A stretch of DNA of 64,000 nt from Candidatus Bathyarchaeia archaeon (GCA_050013255.1 JBEKFP010000002.1:640001-704000), one strand, 5' to 3'; shown: positions 48,534 to 58,879, counted from the first letter of the stretch. The notes: generated from the letters alone by a model not told the origin. Numbers and translations: made by a program.

Positions 48534-49649
48534 ATGAATTCGACGCAAACTCAAGCGGATGGGTATAGGCTGCGTCTTGAAAGACTGAGAAAATCGATAG
48601 CTGTGAATGGGCTTCAAGGAATGATTCTCGTCCCCGGCCCAAACCTAAGATACTACACAGGCGTCAATTCGATGCTTTTGGAAAGGCCATTCCTATTCTT
48701 TGTAAGCAAAGAAGGAGACCCGCACCTTGTCGCGCCGACGCTCGAATCAGGCCCTTACCTGACAAACCCCGTCCACATGGTCGTACATTCCTGGGACGAT
48801 GGGGTAGGTCCAAGGAACGCAATTGAAGGTGCGGTTCAGCAAATCGGAATACAGGGCAAATGGGGGCTGGAGGGTAGAGTACCTTACCAGTACATCAGCA
48901 CATTGCTCAAGTCGTCACAACCCCAGCTCGAGAATGCCGAACCGATTCTTCAGGGGATAAGAGCGCGAAAGGAGTCCGGGGAAATTAAGCTGCTGCAGTA
49001 TGCTGCCTTGATTCTTTCCAAAGCATTCTTGAAGATTCCAGGTATGCTGAAACCAGGGATGACTGAACTGGAATTAGCCCGGAAGGTTTCCGAAGAGATT
49101 ACGCGGAACGGTGCCGAATCCGTGGAAGATGTGCTCGTCCAATCCGGAGCGATGGCTGCGCACTGTCACCATCTGCCGAGTGCCAAGAGAATAAACCGAG
49201 ACGAGAGCATCGTTGTTGATACCTCATGCTCGTCCTCTGGTTACGTCGCGGATATTACTCGTACATTCATTATCGGTAAAGACCCGACATTCGAAGGCAT
49301 CTACCGAAAAGTACTCGACGCAGAGGTCGCCGCAATAAGCGCATCACAGCAAGGAGTTACTGTTGGGTCGATTGACCACGCGGCCCGAGGCCGCCTTCAC
49401 GAGTATGACCTCGACAAGTATTTTGTTCACAGGACGGGGCACGGGTTAGGGCTTGAGGTCCACGAGGCACCATACATCGTACCTGGAGGTAACGAAATGG
49501 TTGATGCATCGATGGTCTTTACAGTTGAACCAGGTGTCTACATAGAGGGGAAAACGGGAATAAGAATCGAAGATGACCTCGTGGTCACGAAGCAGGGGAG
49601 AAGGGTACTTACGAAGGTTCTTCCAAAGGAATTCGGGTGGTGGCGCTAG
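48534..49649 (+). CDS. Xaa-Pro peptidase (M24B)
   Basis: DITRT, HRTGHGLGLEVHE, EPGVY, GIRIEDD. Confidence 0.93.
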   Translation: MNSTQTQADGYRLRLERLRKSIAVNGLQGMILVPGPNLRYYTGVNSMLLERPFLFFVSKEGDPHLVAPTLESGPYLTNPVHMVVHSWDDGVGPRNAIEGAVQQIGIQGKWGLEGRVPYQYISTLLKSSQPQLENAEPILQGIRARKESGEIKLLQYAALILSKAFLKIPGMLKPGMTELELARKVSEEITRNGAESVEDVLVQSGAMAAHCHHLPSAKRINRDESIVVDTSCSSSGYVADITRTFIIGKDPTFEGIYRKVLDAEVAAISASQQGVTVGSIDHAARGRLHEYDLDKYFVHRTGHGLGLEVHEAPYIVPGGNEMVDASMVFTVEPGVYIEGKTGIRIEDDLVVTKQGRRVLTKVLPKEFGWWR

Positions 49650-49678
49650 CGCCACATATCCGAATTATTTGTGCCAGG

Positions 49679-50524
49679 TTACTTGGAAATCAGCGAGCAA
49701 CTCAGACAGGCCGGGTTCCCGCAGAGCAATGCGTTGGGTTGTTTCTCGATGAGAGATTCTGCCCGGTCAATCAGAGTCTTCATCGAGTAGGCTTGTGAGT
49801 TTGCGGCTCCAATCTTTGTCTCTTTGAAATCTTTGCTCCCAAGGTAAGCCTTGAGTTTTTCGAAGCCATTGCTGCATCCCAGCGCGGTGATGTCAACCCA
49901 CGTACGCTCCTTCGAGGTGAACGTGAGGGCGCGCTCTCGCACGAACTTGGCACTCAGCTTTAGTTGCTCGGCTACATGAATGGCCGTTACCGAATCGAAA
50001 CCCACGCCAACAGCTAAGACCTTTGGATCCGGCTTCAGGAATCTCTTGATTGGTAGGAGTGGGTCTTCTAATGAATAATTCCGGACTAGGTCGTCTCCGT
50101 GCTTTCCCACGGCGACGAACGAATATGCTGGGTGGGCGCTTCGCCTCGAAGAGGGCCAACTGCATAACCTCTGGGCGATTACCCCGATGTTTCTGTCAGG
50201 TTGCAATTCGGGAATGAATGGCAAATGCCGGTCTTCATGACTCTCGCACCAACACCCAGGCTTGGTATTGTTCTCATGTGAGTTGGTATGTCTTGTGATT
50301 GAGGTGAAGGTCGGCATCAACAGTGTCCCGGTTTTGCCGAGGACGCCCAGCAACCGGTGCAACACCATCGCGGCGCCCCCATCAACTGCTCCGATATTGT
50401 CGAGGAACGCATGCATTATGATTCGGTCGCCTTCACGAAGGCCAAGCTGCCTGAAGCCTTCTGTTAATTCTTCTGGAGACACTTTTCTCGGCTCTACGGC
50501 ACTTGGTTGGATTGCCGATGTCAT
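49679..50524 (-). CDS. AAC(3)/YokD family N-acetyltransferase
   Basis: GTLLMPTF, RSAHPAYSFVAVG, TAIHVAE. Confidence 0.85.
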   Translation of the reverse strand: MTSAIQPSAVEPRKVSPEELTEGFRQLGLREGDRIIMHAFLDNIGAVDGGAAMVLHRLLGVLGKTGTLLMPTFTSITRHTNSHENNTKPGCWCESHEDRHLPFIPELQPDRNIGVIAQRLCSWPSSRRSAHPAYSFVAVGKHGDDLVRNYSLEDPLLPIKRFLKPDPKVLAVGVGFDSVTAIHVAEQLKLSAKFVRERALTFTSKERTWVDITALGCSNGFEKLKAYLGSKDFKETKIGAANSQAYSMKTLIDRAESLIEKQPNALLCGNPACLSCSLISK

Positions 50525-51138
50525 CGAGCTCTGCTCACTTTCCCGATTCTTGGAAGTATCATCATGATCTCGGAAGGGTCCCCTATCGCGAGGTAGCTTC
50601 CCTCAGCGTAATCTTTGGAAACGAGGGCGCAGTTGATTGAATCGAGTTCGTCGCCTGTCAAATCCCTTGTAATGATATCTCCTTTACACCCGAGCCTAAG
50701 AAGACTCTGTTGAAGTTCTGGTAGGCCACGCTGTTTCCGTGGAATCCCGAGCAAGTCCTGCGCGGCGCCCGGAAAGGTTTCAAATACTTCAAGGTTCAGC
50801 CGTTGGAGCTTTTTCTTGAGCCGAATCCCTCTGGCTGTGAGGGTTCTCATTGGGCCGATTGTTATCGGAAAGAATTTGATTCCCATCCAGGTTAGAACCC
50901 TATCACAGGCTCGAAAGTGCGCCCGACCACGGCAATGCTCTCCAAGACAGTGGCGGCCTTTGGGTAGCGCGAGGGGCGCATCAACCCCCACGTACTTGGC
51001 TCCGCTTCTCCGTACGAATGCAAGAATCTCATCGTCGCCATGGAGGATAGCACATTTCACCTTCATTTTTCCATCAATCACACAACCGCCCGTTGGACGG
51101 TTTGGGGACCCCGCCAAATCCAGACCAACATAATTCAC
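50521..51138 (-). CDS. DUF429 (RNase H-fold) protein
   Basis: VGLDLAG, GVDAPL, ETFPGA, DELD. Confidence 0.8.
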   Translation of the reverse strand: MNYVGLDLAGSPNRPTGGCVIDGKMKVKCAILHGDDEILAFVRRSGAKYVGVDAPLALPKGRHCLGEHCRGRAHFRACDRVLTWMGIKFFPITIGPMRTLTARGIRLKKKLQRLNLEVFETFPGAAQDLLGIPRKQRGLPELQQSLLRLGCKGDIITRDLTGDELDSINCALVSKDYAEGSYLAIGDPSEIMMILPRIGKVSRAR

Positions 51139-51158
51139 GTATCACTGCCCCCTGATCA

Positions 51159-51791
51159 TCATAGCGCAACCAAAAGGCCGAGTGCAATGAGGATGCTTGC
51201 TGGGATTATTTTCTGAAAACGCGTGAAACCTGACCGTTTCCTTAATGAATTGCTAACATGGCCGGCGACCGTAGCTACGATTACATTTACACTCGTTCCA
51301 GACGTATCAAACAGTAAACCCAGAAATATCATCTGCGGGGCGAGCGCGCCCTTTGACCGGTCGATAAATTGTGGAAGAAAGGCCAAGAAGAAAAGCGCAA
51401 CCTTCGGGTTGAGGATGTTCGTTGTGACACCCTGACGAAAAACACTTCGGAGGCTATGGCTGCTCGTTAAGGCAGACGAGTCTGCTGATGCTTTACTGTT
51501 GCTTCTTGCTAGAAGCATACGGACTCCTAAGTAGATGAGGTAAACTGCGCCCGCATATTTGATGAAATCAAAGGCTATGGGAAAAGAGAGGAGTATCGCA
51601 GACAGCCCGATTGCTGCAACGAATGTATGCACTAACGTTCCTGCTCCGATTCCGAGCGCCGATACGATACCGGCCCTTCTTCCCTGCTCTAGGCTGCGGG
51701 AGATTACGTACAGCATGTCTGGGCCCGGGGAAATATTCAATGCGAGCGCGGCAAGTAAGAACACTGGAAGGGAAGCGGTGCCAGGCATCAA
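51159..51791 (-). CDS. LysE/RhtB family exporter
   Basis: SPGPDMLYV, GAVYLIYLG, NILNPK. Confidence 0.92.
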   Translation of the reverse strand: MMPGTASLPVFLLAALALNISPGPDMLYVISRSLEQGRRAGIVSALGIGAGTLVHTFVAAIGLSAILLSFPIAFDFIKYAGAVYLIYLGVRMLLARSNSKASADSSALTSSHSLRSVFRQGVTTNILNPKVALFFLAFLPQFIDRSKGALAPQMIFLGLLFDTSGTSVNVIVATVAGHVSNSLRKRSGFTRFQKIIPASILIALGLLVAL

Positions 51792-51935
51792 GGCAAACTC
51801 AATCTTTTCGATGTGATTTCCTATTTTTCGACGAGTATGTTCAATTTCAAGTGGCCAGCCAGCAATTTATGCTGGCACCCGTGTCGAACCTTTAATGCCT
51901 CAGAATCAAACCGCCCTTATTTGCGTGTGTGGACT

Positions 51936-52265
51936 GTGGACACTAACGGCCTAGCGACCCTACTCATGACCCAGATCGGGTTTGGCGGAACCTTAGGATT
52001 CCTCTTAGGCTACGGCCTGAAGAAAGTCGCCACGATCATTCTCAAAATCCTAGCCTTAGTTTCAGGCCTCTTTATGCTAGCCCTGACCTGGCTAGCCTCC
52101 ATCGGGGTCATATCAGTCAACTTCAACGCGTTCTCTAGCGCCGTCGGTAGTGGTTTCGCTGGCGTTATAGCCGGCCTTGTCAGCTCCCTTGCATTCGTAG
52201 GCCAAATCTTGCCCATTGGAGGAAGCTTCAGCTTAGGCTTCTACTTAGGGGCGAAGAAAGGCTAA
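51936..52265 (+). CDS. FUN14 family membrane protein
   Basis: QIGFGGTLGFLLGYGLKKV...GVISVN...GFYLG. Confidence 0.8.
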   Translation: MDTNGLATLLMTQIGFGGTLGFLLGYGLKKVATIILKILALVSGLFMLALTWLASIGVISVNFNAFSSAVGSGFAGVIAGLVSSLAFVGQILPIGGSFSLGFYLGAKKG

Positions 52266-52619
52266 CGCGATTCAACAGCTTGACCCAGTCAGATTCACCC
52301 TTGCCCTCAGCCGACGTTCGGCAAGGCGAACACAGTTCCTCGACATGGCCCGGGCCTGTAGACCGCTTCGTATGAGGGGATCGAGGCGTAAAATGAGGCG
52401 AGGGTTGCCTTCGTTTGGCACCGTTTGGCACCACCCTCTCGAGAGGTGGATCCACCCTCTTAATTGCGAACGGTAGTGGTAATGCTACGCTGGACGAGTT
52501 TACTCATGAAACCACTTAGGGGTGGAACGCCGACTAGGGCAAACAGTGAAATCGTAAGCGTGAAAGCTGTGATCGGCATGCCCCCTACGCTCACCTACAA
52601 GTGAGGTGGCGTCTCACCG

Positions 52620-53084
52620 TTGAAAAGAGCCGTAATCGCAGTCGCGGTAATTATTATCATCCTAGCCGTCCCTGTCGGATATTTTGTTTTCCAACAGTGG
52701 ACTTCCAATAGAATAAGCATTGACGGGGTCGTCCTCAATGTTGATTTAGCGACAACTCCGGCTGAGCAGCAGCAGGGACTGTCGGGACGAGATTCGATGG
52801 CTGCAGATCACGGGATGCTCTTCGTATTTCAAAGCGAGGGTTACTGGAGCTTCTGGATGTTCGAAATGAAGTTTCCGTTGGACATGATCTGGTTCAATTC
52901 CAGTAGGCAGGCCGTTTTCTTTGAGCAGAACTTGCCGCCATGCGGCCCAACCTTCTGCCAAGTCTTCACACCGCCAGTAAAGGCAATGTACGTCCTAGAG
53001 GTCAACGCTGGCTTCATCGCAGCCCACCAGATATCTCTGGACGACAAGTTCACCTTCGTCATGTTCGCTTTCCCAATGGCGTGA
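52620..53084 (+). CDS. DUF192 family protein
   Basis: GLSGR, GMLFVF, FWM..MKFPLD, YVLEVNAG. Confidence 0.9.
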   Translation: MKRAVIAVAVIIIILAVPVGYFVFQQWTSNRISIDGVVLNVDLATTPAEQQQGLSGRDSMAADHGMLFVFQSEGYWSFWMFEMKFPLDMIWFNSSRQAVFFEQNLPPCGPTFCQVFTPPVKAMYVLEVNAGFIAAHQISLDDKFTFVMFAFPMA

Positions 53085-53291
53085 GCTCCCGCCTATAGGA
53101 TGATTCAATCAACAACTTCGTATGGCCATGGCCATTCTTTCACGTGAGGATTTTCTTCACCAATTCAAACTATTGACGCTAGATCCCTTAGCTTCATTGG
53201 CACAACAGGGGAACACCGTCTCCGTACACCTTGACACTCGATTGGTTTTTAGGATGTGAAACCCAGAAGCGATAGCAACGAAAAAAGCGTT

Positions 53292-54185
53292 TCAAACATG
53301 GCGGCCTAGTGGTTTTAGGGTTGTGTAGACGCCGGCCAAGATCAATACCGCGCCAATGCCAACATTCGGATCGGGAACTTCTTGCAGCACGACCCAACCG
53401 AGCAGCAATGCAACTATGGGGTTTAGAAAAGTAACCATGGAAGTGTTAGTGGCACTAGCTCTTTTCAGAAGCCAGTATAATCCGATGAATCCGAATGCGG
53501 AACCCACTACGCCCAAGTAGAGGACGGCCACGATTGCGGCGGGCGTGAAGTTGAGCGAGGCTGTGGATTCGGTGACTAAGCCAAAGGACAGGAGAGCAGC
53601 TGCGCCTATGGAATGTTGAACCAGAACATTGGCAACAGGATCAACTCCTTCCGCGTGCTTCTTGGCTACGACATTGGCCAGCCCGCCGGAAGCAGCGCTT
53701 CCAACGATCGCTAAGCTTCCAAGAACAGAGTATTGAGCTGCAAGGTTTTGGAATGCCGTAAGATCCTTCCAGAAAATTGCTATCAAGCCACAGAATGACA
53801 GGATTATGCCCCCGACCTTGATTCCAGTAAGTTTCTCCTCGGTGAACATGTGTGCGAAGATTGCAACGAAGAAAGGCAAGGTAGCGAATAAAACGGCTGA
53901 CAAGCCGGATGAAACATATTCTTCGCCCCAAAAGACTAGGCCGTAGGGCAAGGTGATTTGGAAAATGCCTAGAAATAGCATCAAAATCCAAGAAGCACGA
54001 TCTCGAGGCATACGAGCGTGAAGCAATTTCGCCAAGAGGATGAGGCTAGTGGTGGCCGTTGCGAAGCGGAGGCCCGCAAAGAGGAATGATGGCAGGAATT
54101 CTAAACCAATCTTTATTCCAAGCCACGTGCTGCCCCAAATTACACAGAGTGCGCCGAAGACTAGACCTGGGGCTTTCGACTGCAA
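53292..54185 (-). CDS. EamA/DMT transporter
   Basis: IWGSTW; about 10 TMs. Confidence 0.9.
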   Translation of the reverse strand: MQSKAPGLVFGALCVIWGSTWLGIKIGLEFLPSFLFAGLRFATATTSLILLAKLLHARMPRDRASWILMLFLGIFQITLPYGLVFWGEEYVSSGLSAVLFATLPFFVAIFAHMFTEEKLTGIKVGGIILSFCGLIAIFWKDLTAFQNLAAQYSVLGSLAIVGSAASGGLANVVAKKHAEGVDPVANVLVQHSIGAAALLSFGLVTESTASLNFTPAAIVAVLYLGVVGSAFGFIGLYWLLKRASATNTSMVTFLNPIVALLLGWVVLQEVPDPNVGIGAVLILAGVYTTLKPLGRHV

Positions 54186-54246
54186 ATGCCTCGCGTTCCC
54201 TGCGTGGATTGAATGGGGAGACTCTATTCGGGATTACGATGAGTTT

Positions 54247-55395
54247 TCAGTCGAACCAGGCTTTCATGCGGTCCTCCAGGAAATTGTGTTTCTGCTTGTA
54301 CCCATCCTCACTCGGGGGTTCGAATTCCCATTTCGGATTAGGCTGCGCATAGAAATTCGCGCGAACCGGTGCGGCTCTTCCACCTCCGACTTCCATGAAA
54401 CAAACTCCCTGGCCATCGAAGGCAGCTGTTTTCTCAGCGCCTTGGATTTCGTTAATGATGTTCTGCGCCACAACCTTTCCTTGCTCTTCTGCTAAGACGC
54501 CTGCCCTAGGAAGCATGGCCCCTTTTGGTGTCTTGGGGGCCGCGCAGTCGCCGACCGCGTAAACGTTCGGAATCTCCGTCGCTAACGTAGCTGAATTTAC
54601 AGAAACCCATCCAGACTCAGCCAAAAGTCCAGAATCCTTCAGCACTGATGGCGCCACGTGTATGGGGATCGCGAAAATCGCATCGTGTGGGATCTCATTT
54701 CCTTCTTCGGTTAGGACACTCTTTTGTCGAATCTCTTTCACCTTTTGCGAGGGATAATAGGCGATTTCTCGACCTGCCAGGAGCGTCGTTACCCTCTTCC
54801 CGGCTTCAGAGCCAAGAATGCCGAGTGGGTGAGACTCAGGCGTTACAATTTGCATTTTCACTTTGTCCCTGACCCCGTTTTTTCTTAGGACATCGTCTAT
54901 GATCATTGATGCCTCGTAAGGTGCTGGGGGGCACTTGAATGGCAACCCGCAAACAAGGACAGTCAGCGTCCCTCCTCTCAGCGACGAGAGCATGTCCCTA
55001 ATCTCCGCGCAACCGCTCTCCGTATACAAGTTCGTTGCATACCTAGTGAAGCCCTTTGGCGAGCCGAGCGAATAGTCTGCACCCAATGCGATAATCAGAT
55101 AGTCATAGGGGAACGTTTTGGCTCCAACTCGAACCTCAAGTTTTGCAATGTCAATTGCGGTCACTTCACCCTCAACGAAATTGACCCCGCGCTTCGCCAA
55201 GAGAGTCCTATTGCCGGGATTCTGGCCCACCTGCCTTCTGCCGTTAACTATCCAGAGTTTTGTAAGGCCCATGAAAAAGAGCGCTTGCTTGTCAACCAAG
55301 GTCACTGTGTGCTCGGGGCTGAGGCCTTTTCGGAGTGTGTCAGCTGCGGCTAGGCCGCCAAAACCGCCGCCGAGGATTAGGATACGTTTGCCCAC
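54247..55395 (-). CDS. Sulfide:quinone oxidoreductase-like FAD flavoprotein
   Basis: GGGFGG, KCPPAPYE, YAVGD and VCFME give the two-Cys SQR/FCSD pattern; start GTG 55395. Confidence 0.75.
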   Translation of the reverse strand: MGKRILILGGGFGGLAAADTLRKGLSPEHTVTLVDKQALFFMGLTKLWIVNGRRQVGQNPGNRTLLAKRGVNFVEGEVTAIDIAKLEVRVGAKTFPYDYLIIALGADYSLGSPKGFTRYATNLYTESGCAEIRDMLSSLRGGTLTVLVCGLPFKCPPAPYEASMIIDDVLRKNGVRDKVKMQIVTPESHPLGILGSEAGKRVTTLLAGREIAYYPSQKVKEIRQKSVLTEEGNEIPHDAIFAIPIHVAPSVLKDSGLLAESGWVSVNSATLATEIPNVYAVGDCAAPKTPKGAMLPRAGVLAEEQGKVVAQNIINEIQGAEKTAAFDGQGVCFMEVGGGRAAPVRANFYAQPNPKWEFEPPSEDGYKQKHNFLEDRMKAWFD

Positions 55396-55478
55396 TCGAA
55401 TTCCACGCCGTATGTAACAAGTAAAGCCTTTAGAAATCTTACTCAAACCGAAGAGAGGAGTTTCGGTTGCCAGGGCCC

Positions 55479-55673
55479 CTATCTAATATCGACAACTACG
55501 ACTGAAACCCGTTTCCCGCATCCCCGTTTCCCGATTTTCTGGCAGAAGATGAAGTTCTCTAGGACTTGCCCTACGTTTGTTATGACCGACGTGTCGAAGG
55601 CGTCATACTTGCTGTCGAACTTCGCTTTGCACTCCATACACCTTAGTTTTACGTGCGTTGTCTGTTGACTCAT
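55479..55673 (-). CDS. Small Cys-rich hypothetical protein
   Basis: CMEC...FCQKIGKRGCG. Confidence 0.6.
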   Translation of the reverse strand: MSQQTTHVKLRCMECKAKFDSKYDAFDTSVITNVGQVLENFIFCQKIGKRGCGKRVSVVVVDIR

Positions 55674-55770
55674 TATCTATACTTCACAATTGAAAGCGAG
55701 AATTCAGTCTTCTCCAATTGAAACCTTTCGGTCGATTCTCCCCCTAAATCGGCCAGCGAGGCTTGGCAAC

Positions 55771-56904
55771 CTAGGAGGACAGCTTGGGGAGGCTGTCCAG
55801 TGTTGAAAGCACGTCTCCGACGCGTCCCAAGCCTGAAAGCAAACGCTCCCGCTCACAGCCGTAGCCTATTCGCAAATAATGGTCCATTCCGAACTGGTCA
55901 CCTGGCACTACTAAAGTGCTCTTCTCCCGCAAAAGTCGCTCCGCGAGCCGGGTCGAGTTAATTCTAAGAAAATACTTCATGTACGCGATAGCTCCGGCCT
56001 TGGGCGGAATGAATGATAAGTAATCGTGATGTTTGTCGACCCAACTTGCTAAAATTGGTAGATTCGAGCGGAGTATCTCCCTCGTTCGCCCTAGGATCTT
56101 TGCTCGCGTTTCGGGTTGCATGACCTTCCTTGCGATGTAATCGCTCAAAGCGCTCGGACCGATGGTTGTATAGTCATGGTAAGACCAGAGTTCAGTTGCC
56201 AATTCTTTACCCGTCAATGCCCAGCCAACCCTGAGTCCTGGTAGGCCGTAGGCCTTCGACAACCCGTTAGTTACAATGACCTTATCGTACTTGCCCCAGA
56301 ATGTTGGAGTCTCCAACCCAGATAGTTCAGCGCCATGATACACCTCGTCGGAGAGAATCCACGCACCCGCCTGCTTCGCGATCTCGCAAATACCTTCAAC
56401 CGCCTCCTCATCGAGAACCGCGCCAGTCGGGTTGTTCGGGTTGCAGACGGCGATGAGTTTTGTCCTCTTCGTCACGATTTTTCTTAGCGCTCTTAGATTG
56501 ACTGCCCATTGACTTGCTTCTTCCCTGAGCCAAAACGGCTTGACCTTGGCTTGCATTGTTTTGGCCAAGCCCCAGACTTGCATGTAGTTTGGAAGCATCA
56601 CAACGATTTCAGCCCCTCGCTTCAGGAAAGACCAGAGGGTAACGAAGATCGCCTCAGAGCTACCATTCGTCACCAACAAGTCATCGGCCGACGCTTTCGA
56701 GTATGTGGCCGCGATTCTCTTTCTTAGTTCCTCCGTTCCATTCGTTTGACTGTACCCTAAAGGTTGTTTGAGCATATCGGACGTGTCGCCGTCCAGCAGT
56801 TCGACCAGCTTTAGCGGATGGACGCCGCTTTCCGAGAGATTGTATTCGACTTGGTTTTCCCATGTAGATTGCCAACGCTCCATTTCAAAGGGCTGAAGCT
56901 TCAT
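55771..56904 (-). CDS. PLP-dependent aminotransferase class I/II
   Basis: NPNNPTG, DEVY, SKAYGLPGLRVGW. Confidence 0.92.
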   Translation of the reverse strand: MKLQPFEMERWQSTWENQVEYNLSESGVHPLKLVELLDGDTSDMLKQPLGYSQTNGTEELRKRIAATYSKASADDLLVTNGSSEAIFVTLWSFLKRGAEIVVMLPNYMQVWGLAKTMQAKVKPFWLREEASQWAVNLRALRKIVTKRTKLIAVCNPNNPTGAVLDEEAVEGICEIAKQAGAWILSDEVYHGAELSGLETPTFWGKYDKVIVTNGLSKAYGLPGLRVGWALTGKELATELWSYHDYTTIGPSALSDYIARKVMQPETRAKILGRTREILRSNLPILASWVDKHHDYLSFIPPKAGAIAYMKYFLRINSTRLAERLLREKSTLVVPGDQFGMDHYLRIGYGCERERLLSGLGRVGDVLSTLDSLPKLSS

Positions 56905-56973
56905 AACCTTCAACGAAACTAGATGACCCGCAGTGCGTGATAACAACTTTTCCAGATGGGTCGGACCAGGTAG

Positions 56974-57636
56974 ATGAAGGAAGGCTCGCCGATATCAGCG
57001 TCCCTTGAACACGTCGTGTACTATCCTCCAAGGAAGGCCGAGAAGTATGCGACTGTTGTCGCATTGCATGGCCGAGGAACTGACGAGAATGATTTGATAC
57101 CTCTTGTGCATTCGCTAGGTTTGACTGACGCTCTTCTAATTTCCCCACGTGCACCAGCGCCCTTCGAATTTGGTGGAGGCTTCGCCTGGTACGACGTAGG
57201 CCAGGAAGGAGTGCCTAACGCGCAGAGCTTTGGTGCGAGCCTTGACCTTTTGCGTCGGTTCATGGATGAGATTAGGGCAGGTTACCCTGTCGACCGTCAG
57301 CGCGTCATCCTGCTAGGTTTCAGTCAGGGGACTGTGATGGCGTATTCGGTAGCCTTGTTGGACCCAGCTTCGTTTCTCGGGATCGCAGCCTTAAGCGGTT
57401 ACATCCCACAAGAGTCAGGCTTACCCCTCGCCGTTGAAGATCTTAGACGGTTTTCCGTTTTTGTCTCCCACGGAGTTTACGATCAAATCATACCAGTTCG
57501 TCTAGCGCGTGAATCCGCGGAGCTACTGAAAAAGGCCGGAGCACGCGTAGAGTATCGAGAATATCCTATGGGGCATGAGGTTAGCGAGAAAACAGTTCGA
57601 GACTTATCCGCTTGGATCAAAAATCTGCTGAAGTGA
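56974..57636 (+). CDS. Alpha/beta hydrolase (phospholipase/carboxylesterase)
   Basis: LHGRG, GFSQG, HGVYD, MGHEV. Confidence 0.9.
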   Translation: MKEGSPISASLEHVVYYPPRKAEKYATVVALHGRGTDENDLIPLVHSLGLTDALLISPRAPAPFEFGGGFAWYDVGQEGVPNAQSFGASLDLLRRFMDEIRAGYPVDRQRVILLGFSQGTVMAYSVALLDPASFLGIAALSGYIPQESGLPLAVEDLRRFSVFVSHGVYDQIIPVRLARESAELLKKAGARVEYREYPMGHEVSEKTVRDLSAWIKNLLK

Positions 57637-57701
57637 CCTAGGTTCCTAAGCTTTGTGGCATAAAGGACGAAGTTTTATTCAACTTGAGAAGTCAATGACT
57701 A

Positions 57702-58331
57702 GTGAGAGGAGTAGTGTTGGGTAGTAGGTCGCCGCGACCTAGGGAGGTAGCGCTTACCGCCGTTATGACCGCGGCGACGGCTGCAGTAACTATGGTACTC
57801 AGCATACCATTCCCACCCACACGAGGCTACTTCAACTTGGGTGATGCAATGGTCATGCTCGCAGGCTTGCTATTTGGGGCAAGGCTCGGGGGCATTGCAG
57901 GTGGCGTTGGATCGGCAATCTCTGACATTCTCTTAGGCTATGCGTACTTCTCACCGTTGACCCTTTTCATCAAAGGAACTGAAGGTTTCCTCACAGGCCT
58001 GATAGGGAACAATCGGAGATTCCCTTTCAAAGTGGCAGGGGTCGCGGCGGGCGCTGTGGCGATGCTGGTCGGCTATTTTTCCGTTGAAACCCCCCTGTAC
58101 GGGATTGGCGCGGCTTTTGCGGAACTTGCCACGATAAATTCTATTCAAGTCTTGTCTGGGGCTGTTGTTTCACTGCTGTTATGCCAGGCGATTCTGAAGG
58201 CTTATCCTGACATCAAGTTTCTCCAACCGAGACATGAAGGCATCCGATTGGGTGTCATAATGGTCGTTGTTGCTTCACTAGTTCTAGCTGTGATTGTTGG
58301 CCTCTATCTAATGACGGGTATTTCGCCTTGA
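57702..58331 (+). CDS. ECF transporter S component
   Basis: GYFNLGD, GGVGSAISD, IKGTEG. Confidence 0.85.
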   Translation: MRGVVLGSRSPRPREVALTAVMTAATAAVTMVLSIPFPPTRGYFNLGDAMVMLAGLLFGARLGGIAGGVGSAISDILLGYAYFSPLTLFIKGTEGFLTGLIGNNRRFPFKVAGVAAGAVAMLVGYFSVETPLYGIGAAFAELATINSIQVLSGAVVSLLLCQAILKAYPDIKFLQPRHEGIRLGVIMVVVASLVLAVIVGLYLMTGISP

Positions 58332-58355
58332 AACAGAGGCTGATAATCCCAACAG

Positions 58356-58595
58356 TCAGGAGAGCCTAATCCATTTCGACTTTTTGTCTTCATCCGTCCT
58401 AACCACCTTGGGTCGTTTCCCTAAATAGAAGCCAACCAAGAGGGCGGCGAGAATGTCGATGAATGAAGGGTGTACGAAATTGTGGCTTGCCAGTCTCCAC
58501 GCCAGGTCCATTAATATTCCCAGAATTGCAAGAATTTGGGTAACCCGAATCTTGGGGAAGACTGAGGAAAAAGCTTCAACGAATTCGTAAGCCAA
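58356..58595 (-). CDS. Small membrane protein
   Basis: Two hydrophobic segments. Confidence 0.5.
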   Translation of the reverse strand: MAYEFVEAFSSVFPKIRVTQILAILGILMDLAWRLASHNFVHPSFIDILAALLVGFYLGKRPKVVRTDEDKKSKWIRLS

Positions 58596-58642
58596 AGTGA
58601 ATCTTCTCCTCCTAGAACTAACCGAAGGGATTTCTTAAGAAT

Positions 58643-58879
58643 TCATGACTGCCTTTCTAAGCTTACTGGACCTCTGCCAAAGTAATTGTATAACCAAATG
58701 GGCAAGACAGTAAGATCCAACACGAGCATTAAGACCTCCATGACGACGCCCACTTCAGCCTGCTGAGGTGCTGGGTACACGGAGTATATGTGGGTAGGAG
58801 TGAGGAGGAGGATAGCACCGTAGAGGCCCATCGCCTTCCCGAGGACTATTGGCGCAAGTTGCCGCGCTCTTTTCGTCAA
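58643..58879 (-). CDS. Short CtaG/DUF1404-like membrane protein (C-terminal part only)
   Basis: IYSVYPAPQQAEVGVVM resembles the CtaG C-terminal YxxY..Q...G..M motif; divergent from the cox operon. Confidence 0.5.
   Translation of the reverse strand: MTKRARQLAPIVLGKAMGLYGAILLLTPTHIYSVYPAPQQAEVGVVMEVLMLVLDLTVLPIWLYNYFGRGPVSLERQS

Noticed and set aside
49679-50524. Aminoglycoside resistance gene
   Set aside because: The AAC(3)/YokD fold alone does not show resistance, and there is no mobile context.
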